64,000 nt of DNA. Source: Epiperipatus broadwayi (Eukaryota > Animalia > Onychophora). Under the pieces are notes generated by a model. It did no database searches, was not told where the DNA came from, and was given only the letters and a program-made list of their open reading frames with translations. Numbering within the stretch: the first letter of the stretch is position 1; the number at the start of each line of letters is the position of its first letter. This document shows, one piece after another, positions 41,130-52,790 of the stretch. Made by a program: the position numbers and the translations under genes. The stretch spans positions 1,178,001 through 1,242,000 of the forward strand of contig JAQFVV010000005.1 of assembly GCA_028023455.1 (NCBI GenBank), given 5' to 3'.

Positions 41130-41365
41130 GTCAGAATAATATTTTTAAAAAGGTGATAAAAAAGATATTAGAAATTACAGACCTATCAATCTTTTATCAG
41201 TTCTATACAAAAGTTTTACCAAAATAATTACAACTTGTCTACAGTAAACTTTGGATTTTGACTAACCAAAACAACAATCTGAATTTAAAAGAGGTTTAGT
41301 TCAGTGTATCACATCCACATATTGAGAGAAGTTGTAGAAAGAGGCAATAAATATGAGTTGCCTTT
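41130..41365 (+). mobile_element. RTE internal fragment
   Basis: aaaaaggtgataaa.aagatattagaaattacagacctatca..cttttatcagtt is nearly identical to 3325-3550. Confidence 0.85.
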
Positions 41366-43389
41366 ATACTGAATTAACCTTTTTATTTTTTTGCTTCTGT
41401 AGTCATTAACAATGAAAATCCTTAATTTGGATATGAAGTACTAATTAGATAAAATATTGTACATTCATAAATCATATTTTAAGTTTATAATCAAAATATG
41501 TGCTGTACAATACAATTTCAGCATGAAAGTCATTATTGTGCTTTTGGATGAGATGACTTTAATAACTATTCTATGATGTCATCAGTGTTTACAAAATGGC
41601 TGACAAAAATAAAAAGAACAATTTTTTTTTTAAAATAATCATTATAGTGAATAAATCGATTGTAAATCAAAATAGTGAGTACAAATTGATGATGATTGCT
41701 ATTGTGAATCCTCACATAAAAACCAAGCACTAAACAGGATAAAAATTTATATATATGTGTATAAATACATTAAATATATGGTCAATCTTATTTATATGCT
41801 AGAGGTTTCACATGTTAAGTAATCATTTTTTCCAATTTTTTGTGTTTTACTCAGTTTTTCAAATATTATACTCATAGCTACTTTCATAAGTTCAAAGTCC
41901 ATCTTTTTATATTTTCATCTACTTCTGATACAATGATTCAAGTACTGGTATGGTAAAAAATAAACTGAGTATAACACCACTATATCTTTCAGTAAGGGTG
42001 AAAGTGAAATCATTGGTTTACCACATTTGCTTTTATATATAGTTAACAATTTTGCACTCATAAATCATATTAAGATTTTTACCCTCCACCTGTGAACAAT
42101 TTGATATCTATTTTCAGATCAGAGTTGCATGGTTACTTAAAAATAATTCTAAACTGTTTGGAAAATTAAAGTTTTACTCAGATTTTAACTCCAGATCGTG
42201 ATCATATAGATATACATATATATATAAAACCTAATGCTGTTGTTCTCAGCACATTCATCTTTTATTTTCACGACCTTGGCTTGAATCTGCATGAAAGTTG
42301 GAAATTTATTTTACATAACTGGGGGTTTTTATTCAGGTTGTCTCGCTAAGACATTCAGTTGTTTGTTGGTGAATGAAAAACTTGTTGTTATTATCTCTAG
42401 TGGATAGTTTTCCTTTACATTGTTTCTCTGGGGAAAGAAGTCCTGAAAAGATCTTTGCTCTGATTGGACTGTTGTGCATTTTCAGGATGTATAAAAATTC
42501 GCAGATAAATAATTGAATGGTTGGTTGTATAGAGAATACAGTTATCGTAAGTGGCAATTGAGTTACTATCGAATCTGCTACTCTAACCACTGCAGTTAAG
42601 CTACACATGGCTAAATGTCTATGTATAAATATTTGTAATATGTGTGGAGGTGTCTTAGTGAATGTATTTACTTTTTGTATATACGGGCATGGTTGCAGTC
42701 TATATATGTGTTTTGCTATCTTCCAGATTCAAATATGTTTAGAATGCACGCGAAGTCAGACATTTATGCTTTTTTGAAAAGACGTTGATTTTTTTTTTTT
42801 TTTTAAGATTATAAACTGTCTAGTAGCTTTAAAGTTTTTAAAAAATAGTGGGCACTATAAAATTGCTTTTATCTTTCACCACCATTCCATCTTACAAATT
42901 CTTTTTACTATTTCTTTCTTTATCTTCTTGAGGAATGGAAAAGCCGCTGCATGCTTAGTAGGTTTTTTTAAATCTAGCATCAAAGGAAACTGCGGCTAAG
43001 AAGGTTAAAAGTACAGATTACTTACTAATATTGCTAGTCTTAGGAAATGATTATTGTTACTAAAGATTGTTTGGCTTTCTAATCATCCAAATGCACGTGC
43101 GCGCACACACCCACCTATACGCACTTACAATCACTCACACACTTAGATAATACATTTAATGCATATTTCTATATATACTTATAATTTTTAACATAGATCA
43201 ACGTGTTGCAGATTATTATAGGTACAATTTAGGTGTGAAATTATAACTATAATAATAATTATTACACTTAGTTATTTTTAAATTTTTTATATATGATGTA
43301 TTTTTTTTTAAAATTTTATATAAGTAGTACTTTACTACTTTTTACATAGAAATTTGATGCTTTATATGAAAGCAATGCAAATAAATACT

Positions 43390-43645
43390 CACTAACAAGA
43401 TGTGAAAAGAGAATTGCATGAGTGATATTAAGAAACCGAAGTACAATTGGGCTGGACATGTTGTTAGTATAAATGATACTAGATGGATTGGATCTGAAAT
43501 TGTAAAAGTTTAAAAATAAATCATATATGGAATGATAGGATGAGATAAAGAAGTTTTCTGGATGACATTGAGAAGCAGTGGATAGGAGAAACAACATTTA
43601 AAGACTCATTCTGCAATGGATTCGTAATTGTTGAAAATAATGATG
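43390..43645 (+). mobile_element. Degraded RTE 3' fragment
   Basis: ttgggctggacatgttg, tagatgga, ttctgcaatggatt and a tgatgatg tail. Confidence 0.7.
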
Positions 43646-44379
43646 ATGTTGTATATAAAGTCTGATTTATTTAAAATATTTTTATGTTCAATGCAGCAAT
43701 ATTCAACTAATCAAAACAAGAGTATTTTTTAGTAGCTCTATTTTCCAGCTAAGAATAGTTGGATGATTATCTGAGCCTATTTGGGAAGACTTCCAAGAAA
43801 ATATTGTGAGCATAACAAGTTAATATTAGTCAATATGCCATGAAGCTCTCATCTTCAGATCCATATATTTCGAAATATTTTTGCACTTATGGTTATCACA
43901 TTATGACTTGGTGTTTGAGTTGAAGGGGACAAAAAAAAATTCCAAGCAACCAACCGTTTAATCATTGTAGCTTCCTATTGTAAATCCAGGTTAAAGCAGA
44001 TTGATCAGATACATGACAGACATTTATGAAATGCTGATTATAAAAGATAAGGCAAGTCATTTATTTCAGTTTGCCTTTTTAGCTGGGTGATATGCACATT
44101 TAAATACTAATCAGAAATTTGTCCAATCCATAACTTAAACTTCTAGGCCACGAACTGTGAGAATTCTTTCAGGCCATATTTAGGTTATTTTTTTAAGGAG
44201 CTATTCTAAATAACTGTATTATGGTATTATTGATATCTGGTTATTATTGCCTACAGGATAAAAGTTTTAGATTGCTGTGTTTTAGTTAAACGAGTGTTAA
44301 TTCGTGGACCATGAAACAAAAGCATTGTGATGACCACAAGTGTGAAATAATAATTGAATAGTCTATTGTTCATGAGTTT

Positions 44380-44480
44380 GTAAGAAATTTGAGCACTGGA
44401 ACTGGCAGAGCTGGTCCTCAATTCTCACGTCTTGACTTCACAGTCTGACGCACTAAATACACAGGGCACCACTAGTGAGA
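44380..44480 (-). mobile_element. Degraded tRNA-like SINE
   Basis: The - strand reads gtgtatttagtgcgtcagactgtgaagtcaagacgtgagaattgagg, resembling tRNA D, anticodon and T arms. Confidence 0.4.
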
Positions 44481-46067
44481 GAAATGCACGAATGCCTTAC
44501 TTACCTGTATTACACTTTTATATAACTTTTTTTAAAAAAAAATCCCTTTTCATTGAATTGGAAGGCAATGCCAAAGTACGTTGAGGATGATTACATCATT
44601 ATTTTTTAAATGTGCTTTTCGTTTCGCTTCAGCATATATATATATATATACAGAAATAAGGAGTAGAAAGCCGACTGCCTATCATTTTGCAATGAAATCA
44701 CCATGCTCTCTTATAATTTAACTTAACTATTTTATTTCCTGGTAAACGCATTTGACATATGAAAAAAAAATAAAAAAACTTATATTTTTGGAATAAATAA
44801 TTTTTAAAAAGTTAGGATTTATATTACAGTAGTTGTGTTGTTTTTTTTTTAAACGAACTGTTTTAACCTACCATTATTTGCAATAATGGTTCTAAATTTT
44901 GTTTTACGATTTTTGATTGGTTTGAACAGAACAGATTTCTTTTGACAAATGTTTCCTAATTGCTTGTCTGACTGTAATATATTTAAAAGTAGTTACAAGT
45001 AATTAGAAGACGTTGAGAATGTAAACTGAATTATTCAGCAAGACGTTACAGCTTGTCTTGCTAGATATATTGAAATTACAAGAATACATTAATATATAAT
45101 GACCCATCTTCTGCAATTACTGCCACGACGCTTAATTTTTTCTTTTTTTAAATTAATGTGGAGTTTAAATTTTTTTTTTTTTTTGACTAGCAATAGTTAA
45201 ATGTGCAAAAGGGTCAAGAGGTTTAAATCGAGAAACTTGAAATGAATTATGATCAAGTCACTTGGTATTCTATTTATAAATATATTTTTTTTAGTATAAA
45301 GGAGGAGTATTTTAGGATTGCTTTCTGAGCTTATAAAATGATGTTTTGCAGTTGGCATAGCTGAGATCAACTTTATGCTACATTAGATATAGGTATTAGT
45401 CAAACATTACGTCCTGATTGCTTTAGTGCACTTATAGAGCACCAGTCCATGGAAATCGAGATCCTCAGATCAAACACATACTGATACTCTTAAGTAATTA
45501 ACTGATGATTATGTTTGTCCTGTACGGTTTGATGCTGTGCTAGACTGGCGGACTCTAGAGTTCAAATTTCATAGTCCTTGCACTTCTTGTTTTCAAACTT
45601 TTATGAATTTCTGAGCATTAAACTGTTTGATTACTTTGTCAGACATTAATGGTAATAAAAAAGGAAACAATAAAGATAAAACAATAAAAGTTACAGATTG
45701 TCTATAGGAAGGATTGTTAGAGAAGGAAAAATGAGTGTTAATACAGTATATAGATTTCAGTATAAAATTAGGAATTAATTCGTATAAAAGAAAGATTATC
45801 CCTAGCTAAGTGATTCATATTTGACAAGCCTGTTCTCATTAGTTACAAGCCCGCAAGCTGTGTGTGTGTGTGATTATTTTTGTAAACATTAACTATTACA
45901 TTGATAGCAGTTGTATTGTGATAAAGCAAGTTTGTATCCTGCAATGATTTGTTGAAGATGTGTGGACAGAGGTAAACTATCTTAGTCTAGAGTTCCTTAT
46001 TATTAAATTATCATCAGCCTCATTTCCTTCCAGTAGTTTGCTTATCATATATTACACAGTCAGATTA

Positions 46068-47650
46068 GCTTTCAAAATATACTTTACTCAAATCAAGACA
46101 TAATACAAGGAAAGCAAATAACTATAAATCAAAGTTGGATATAAACATATAATCCCAACAATTACATCCAGTTATCCAAATCCTAATTACAGATCATACA
46201 CATTGGAATAATTCCAGCAGTCTGAAATAAATATAAACGAGGTGTTACAATTGTGGCAATGTAAACATTAACAAAAATCACTGAAAAGGCCAAAACATAA
46301 TATGAAATTAAGTACATAGTGAAAAACATTGAGTAATTAAAATTAATTCTAATAGTGTATAGCATAATATTAGGATACAAAGGATATTATCGTTAATCAG
46401 GAATCAGTGAAAACTGATAATAGACATAAATCTATTTACAATACGTACATCAAAGGAAATAATGAGTCAGCTCAATAACAATAATTCGGTAGAATTAGGT
46501 TTTCACACAAAGTATAAAACAACTACTATTAAAATTAGCATGAATACATAAAAATAAGACAAATCCAGCAATCAGGAAATACATGATTATAATATCAAAT
46601 ACAATCAGTTTATAAACTTAAATAAGAATATCAGTTCAGTCATAATTGTAGTAGTAAGCCTGCCAGGGATAACGGGTGACAAATGCCAACCTATATCTTC
46701 AGCTGGCTTCAAGTTTGGTCTGCCAACCAAGGCATGCAAGTTCTTTTGTCCATTTCCCTTGTTTTAATGAGCAAGCTAATAATAAAATCTTCAATAAGAC
46801 AGTCTACCCTTTCTTGAATATCATTTTGCATCTTGCTGTCCATATAACAAAGTTTATATATGTCGCTAGTCTAATTGTTCCAAATATACCTTTCTTGAAG
46901 GCCAACTTTATCGTTACACAGGACTGGTCAGGGTTGGCAGTTTCCCCAGAATAAAATTCTGAAGGTAAGTCCACGAATCACATTGGGAAAGTATGTAATC
47001 CATGGACTCCTCCGGTTTATTGCAAAAGGGGGGCAGGTGGTGTCAATTTTGTAACCTCTACAATAGCTTTCAACAAAAAATCTACATATTTCGGTTCAAG
47101 CTTCAGGAATTTCGTCCACTTCTCAAAATAAGGAATTCCCATTGGGAGAAAATTAACAGCTTTGGTACTCCCAAAACACAATGGTTGATAGATTTCCCAA
47201 TAGGATAATTTGGAGCTAAACAGAGAATTAGAGCTCATGATGCTTTTAACCTGACCTGCTGTTGAATCCATAGATTTCTGCATTTAGGAGGAGGCCTGTC
47301 AGTTGGTTCCACTTCTTCAAGTGTAAGTGGATATACCATGTCTGAATTCTCGTTAAGTAGTTTAACCAATATATTGTGGATACGTTGAATTTGATGTCTT
47401 AATCGAATGTAACACCAGGCCATTCAGTGACCTAGGCTTTTGTAGTAGATTGAGGCTGATGACAGGAGCCAATCCCCCAGCATAGCTTCCTGCAAAGTGT
47501 CTCAACTTTTCTTATGAAGGCTTTAGTTGGAGCAAAGCAAGCAAGGTAGTAGATCATTTTTGACATTACTACCGCGATATTGACAGATAAATCTTTGATA
47601 GTGAAGATACAATGTTTCTTATCTTGTAAGGAGGGAATTCTCCAGATTCC
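46068..47650 (-). mobile_element. 5'-truncated L1/Tx1-clade LINE
   Basis: The - strand peptides VMSKMIYYLACFAPTKAFIRKVETLCRKLCWG, ISLNLLQKPRSLNGL, KFLKLEPKYVDF and GIFGTIRLATYINFVIWTARCKMIF are L1-type. 14-bp TSD acacagtcagatta at 46054-46067 and 47651-47664. Confidence 0.85.
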
Positions 47651-47879
47651 ACACAGTCAGATTATTAAAACTGATTGAAGCATATAATATATGAATTTTA
47701 ATCTTAGAATTAAACATGGCTGGAGTGATTTAGTAAAAATAGTTAACTTACTATTAAAAGCAAATATGTCTGTGGTTAAAAAGAGAAGGATTTTTTTTTT
47801 AGTAAATGAGTTTTACCAGTTTTTACTTATCGATTTGAGACTTAGATGGCTCTACAAATGAGCAATTCAATGACTTCAG

Positions 47880-48180
47880 ATCATTCAATGAAATATGGAA
47901 GATTATATGATAAAGAGTAAGAAGAAACGGAAGTATCATTGACATCGTTTAGAGAATTGAGAAACCGAAATGGAGCTGGGGTAGAAATATAGCTAGAAGA
48001 GATAGATAATAGATCAACAATTGAAGTCTTAAATTGAATTCACAGATTGAAAAAGGCCTAGAAAGACTGGATGAATTAAGAAAGTGCTGCTGTGTTGGGG
48101 AAAAAGGAGGCTACAAATTGGAGAAATTGTATTAAACTTGGAAAATATATCCTGCAGTTGAAATAATGATGATATGAAGA
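47880..48180 (+). mobile_element. Degraded RTE 3' fragment
   Basis: aaatggagctggggtag..atatagctagaagagatagataatagat and attaaacttgga..atcctgcagttg, followed by a gat tail. Confidence 0.75.
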
Positions 48181-49239
48181 TAAGTAAAAGGTAAAGGCAA
48201 ACATTTTTTTAAATAGCACACCACAGAACAAAGATTTGTCCAATAGCTCTTTCTAGACAAATATTTAAAAGGCAATACATTAGCTTGCCAATTGTTTGGA
48301 TGATGAGGATTTGTCTATAATTTTTTATTCTTTTACCATCTAACTAAGAATAACTATATAATTATTACTCCCCAATGAATCCAGACTAATTGACATTTTT
48401 TTAAAGATTTTTTTCTTGGTAACTGGTCCATGGTCAATAAATGGATATTTGGCTTTGTTTAGTTTGAAGATAAAATCAAGGAGGGAAAAACACTCACTCT
48501 CACTACCTAGTAATTTGCAAGTTTTATAAGTATTGGCTTTTTTCCTTTGTTTTCTCTATGAAAGGCTATAGAAGGGATTTTTTGTCCTAGAGTGAAAGTA
48601 TTTTTATGTTAAAAAAGCTACTAAATTTGGATAGTTATCTAGGTTGGTTTGGCTATCTGAAAGAAAAATCCCAAACTTGAATGACCCCAGATCCAAATTT
48701 GAATTTAAGTTATAGGCATGAATGACTAACTACAAAGAAAGGCTTCTCCAGCATACCTCCACAGAACAGTAAAAGATTATTTTTTAGATTAATCACTGAA
48801 CTCAGATTTATTAGATTCTCATTCACTGACTAGTAATAAAATGGTTACTGATGGTAACCAATGAGTGAATGTGGCCGAAAATAGTTTAGCTGAAATTTTT
48901 TATTAAGCTAAAAAAGTTTTTAAGTTCCCACTCAAAAATTAAATCCAGTTCATCAGTCTGCAGATGAATTCATTAATCGCATATATTAGTTGGCCTGTAA
49001 CATACATTTGCCTTGGAATAATTATTATGTGTAAGAATTAAATGGCAAATAATTAATTGAATATTTTTATAAATTGTCAATTTTAGGCAACATATAGCCA
49101 TGTGGTGTTAATCTTATAACATATTAAGAAAATGATATTGTTATTGGGTTGCTGTATCTGAAAGTGCTCTGTGAAAATTTACTGCTTATGATTGAATTAT
49201 TTATAAGAATCATATAGTTCAGATTTATCTTGTTATAGT

Positions 49240-49640
49240 CAGGTTATCATCATCATTTTCAATGATGAAAATCTTTCCAAGTTGAAACCTCCAACCCATA
49301 ATATCTCTTTTTCAACCACTACAGCAAACTCGTACATCCATCTATTTTGTATTCTCTTGGAATCCAGTTTAAGACTCCAACTGTCCACAAAATCGAATCC
49401 AGTCCTCTTTCGGCCTTTCATTTCTTTCAAGGAAGTCATTGGTAAATGTTTGCTCTCTCATCGATATATTTTGTTTTTAGTCCCTTCTTGTAATTCCTAA
49501 ACATAATCTCATAGTAGTCCATTCTATAGGTTGAAATCTGTATTGCTTTTCTGATAATCATCTTAGGTCTCTGATCCTTATGTAAAAACATTATAAATAT
49601 TCTTCTTTCAAATACATAGATACATTTTCTATTAATGTTA
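49240..49640 (-). mobile_element. Degraded RTE 3' fragment
   Basis: Reverse complement contains ggatcagagacc, aaactggattccaagaga, agatggatg and a tgatgatgat tail. Confidence 0.75.
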
Positions 49641-52089
49641 AGCAATTTCTATAAATAAATAAGAAAATAAATAATGGAATGATTTTGTTGCCCAAGAGTT
49701 CAAAAAAAAAAATTGAGGACTAGAAATGCCAGTATTGGAATAGATCCAAGGATTAGTCAGCTATTCCACTATTGCACTAAATCACATGGGGTAGTTATCA
49801 AGGGATAGCTGTTTCTATGAAAGGTACTTCATTTAAGTTTAGTCCTATGAATAATTTTATCCATTGTTTTCATTCATTACTTTTTAATCATGTCATTAGG
49901 AATTATTAACCATTTCTATTTCATTATTATGGATCTTCTCTTATGCAAAAAATCATTGAACATTATTTTAGTCATGATTTATCTTTAGTCCGACTTTTTC
50001 TACTTTTATATGATAGTTCTTGTAACATTTTCTAAAGCAGTTTAAGAATTATTTGCAAAACCAATTAACATCATCTACAAACTGGATGATAATTTATTAA
50101 CTTCTCATTTTAACCACTAAATACTTCTGTTTTGGAGATATGAAATCAACTGGTTGTGCATTATTTTGATAATTAAAGGTGTTTGTCATAACCTGTGCCT
50201 ATGTGTAATGTTTCATAGATACTTAGGGCATTGTATGACTTTTCATTATCTATAAATCCAAAGCATAATGGCATGTTATACTCATTGAGTTTTTTTCTGC
50301 AACTTGTCTTAGTATTTGGATGTAAATTGTCACACTAAAACTATTTTTAAGTCCACCTTGTTACTTAGGTTTGGTTTTAGTTCACTGCATTATTTATAGT
50401 CAAGCTATAAAGAATTAGATAAAAATATTGTAGAGAACAGCTAGAAGTCTGTTAGATGTGTGAGTTTTAATTTGTCTTAAATATGAATATTATTATTACA
50501 TTTTCCCAACCATCTGGTACATCTTTAACATTTGATAAATAGTTTTTACAACAATTACTTTATATTTTCATCTGCTTCTTTTAAAATATCAATAATAATT
50601 TCATTATTTACTAGAGGTATTGGTTTTTGATAGATTTAATTGTTCACCTCATGTCTTCATTTGAATTCAGATGTTGCAATTGAACAAGTTTTTGTTTTCT
50701 TGATATTCATTATGATATACTTCTTTGTAAATCATCATTATTACACTTCATGATAATAGAATCTTTTCTTCTTATTGTTGACCCTCCCCCCCCTAACCAA
50801 AATGTTTTACTTTTGTGATCTTCTATAGCTTTTTTTGTATGAAATTATAACAGCTTTCAAAACTACAGTAAATAAAACAAAAGAGTGGATTTCATGTGAT
50901 AATATTATAAATGCCCGTTGAAGTGTTTTTATGGAAAAACAATTGTAAATGGAAGCGAGAGGATGTATTTCATTTATTAAAATATTTTTATTCAATCAAA
51001 TGATGGGAGCCTTTTATATATATATAAATTTTCAATTTAAAAGAAAAGATAAATTAGATAAAAATAAAGGTTTGGAATTACTTAAACATTGAACTGAATA
51101 AGGAGGAGAATAGTCTTGTAGCAGATGGCAAAGGGAAGAACACTTCATTGTGTAAGTATAAACTAATATCTAAATTCTTCCACCGATGAAAAAAAAAAGG
51201 CTTTTTCTGAGTGCTTATAATAATGCTGTTCAACCAGTAAAATGATAAAACTAAGTTGCAGGTTATGAATTTCTAGTTGTTTGATACATCTATCATCCAT
51301 TGTTATGGTTATATTATATTTCACTTATGGTCAGAGCATTGACATTGGTTTCGCCAAACTCAGTTATTCAAGATTTAGTTTGTTGAAAATAGTTTGATCT
51401 TTATTTTCTAGATAATATTGAAAGCTGTCAGAGTTAGCTGTAGGTGCCAATATCTGAATAAATCCTACTTTGCGTGGGAAATTTTCAGCTATTTAAAAAA
51501 AATCTCATGTTTCACTGAATTTGAATTCTAGTTATGAGCACAGGAAGTTAATAATTAATAAGACACTTTTGCAAGTAAGAGTATTAATTATTGTACACTT
51601 ATTTAGATCACTTTGTTTTTTGGCTGTTTATGAAATCTTATAACTCATTTTTCAACCATTCCCCCAATTTCTGTCCTAATTGAAACTTTGCATATGTGTT
51701 TATTCCAGATGAAAATATATATTTTTAAAATATGCAAAGAATTTTAGCAAAATTTTTTTACAATTTTATATGGGATTATGTGCTTTTTACAATAATACCA
51801 TTTAGCAATTTTAAATTTTATCTAAACTTTATTCATTTATAATTTCTGGAACTATATAAAACTAAAACATATAAAAACATTTTTTTTTTCAAAATATGAT
51901 TTATTAACATAATATTAATCTTTGAATTACATATTATATGTAGTGATATACAAGATTCAAACTATGATTTACAATGCAGAACTTGATTTACTGAGTGAAC
52001 AGAAAAACCTTAAATTGTAAATGCATATATCTTGCCATTCATAGCTTTTCTCATAGTTTACTAAGTAACCCCTGAACTTAATGGCAACT

Positions 52090-52790
52090 AGATAGATCAC
52101 AGCTACCAAGAATTGCATCATCTCCACCATCCAAAAGATAAGAAAGTGAAACCCTTACTAATACCCACATCTCAGCTCCCTCTGCTAAAGATTAGGAACC
52201 AGGCCTTGGGGTATTTCCAAAACTCAGACTCTCATCCAATGTCCTTACTAATCCCCACAGCATCCAGATCCCCACCAAAACCCAGGCTTGTGAGACCTTC
52301 CAAGCACCAGACCCTACCATCCAGGTAGCAGAGATGAGTGACACAGCAGTCCCGATTTGAAGTTTAAACCATAGTAGAACTCCAGCCTGAATCACCCAAG
52401 TATGAGATTCTCTCATCTTCACAGCCAAGACAAGCAATGCTGCAGCACTAATCAAACAAAGAGATTAACAACACATTGCATCACATCATCTTCACTACCC
52501 CGAAGATGAGAAAGATGAAACCCGTACTAATCCCATAGCACTCACATCCCAGCCCCCATCAGAACCAGAGTTCAGGCCCCAGAAATCTTCCCAAGTTTCA
52601 GACTCCTCAACTGAAGCCCATACTAGAACCCAATATACCCGCATCCCAGCCCCCCTCCAAGACCAGGAAGCCAGCTCTGGGAGCTCTCCAAGCAACTGAC
52701 TCAGTCTTCAAGACCGCAAAGATGAGTGACACAGTAGCCCTAACCCAATGTTCAAATCACAGTTGAACTCTTTGGGAACTTGAGTTTTTC
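52090..52790. repeat. GC-richer, C/A-skewed island with an imperfect ~380-bp internal duplication
   Basis: gat.agaaag..gaaaccc.tactaat.ccc at about 52137 and 52505. agatgagtgacacag.ag.ccc at about 52331 and 52719. Confidence 0.7.

Noticed and set aside
22926-42609. Similarity between 22926-22965 and 42572-42609 (tgc.actct...cactgc.gt.a)
   Set aside because: About 26 of 38 matches with a gap is within chance expectation for a 64-kb self-comparison.
10270-44450. C/D snoRNA candidates at GTGATGA motifs (about 10272, 30353, 34330, 34436, 44326)
   Set aside because: None has a suitably placed CTGA D box with a terminal stem. The one CTGA found falls within a SINE remnant.
51122-51157. 27/30-nt in-frame micro-exon (Q)MAKGRTLHC with a GTAAGT donor
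   Set aside because: The acceptor region is purine-rich, GTAAGT is frequent here, and an insertion at this conserved GAPDH position is implausible.
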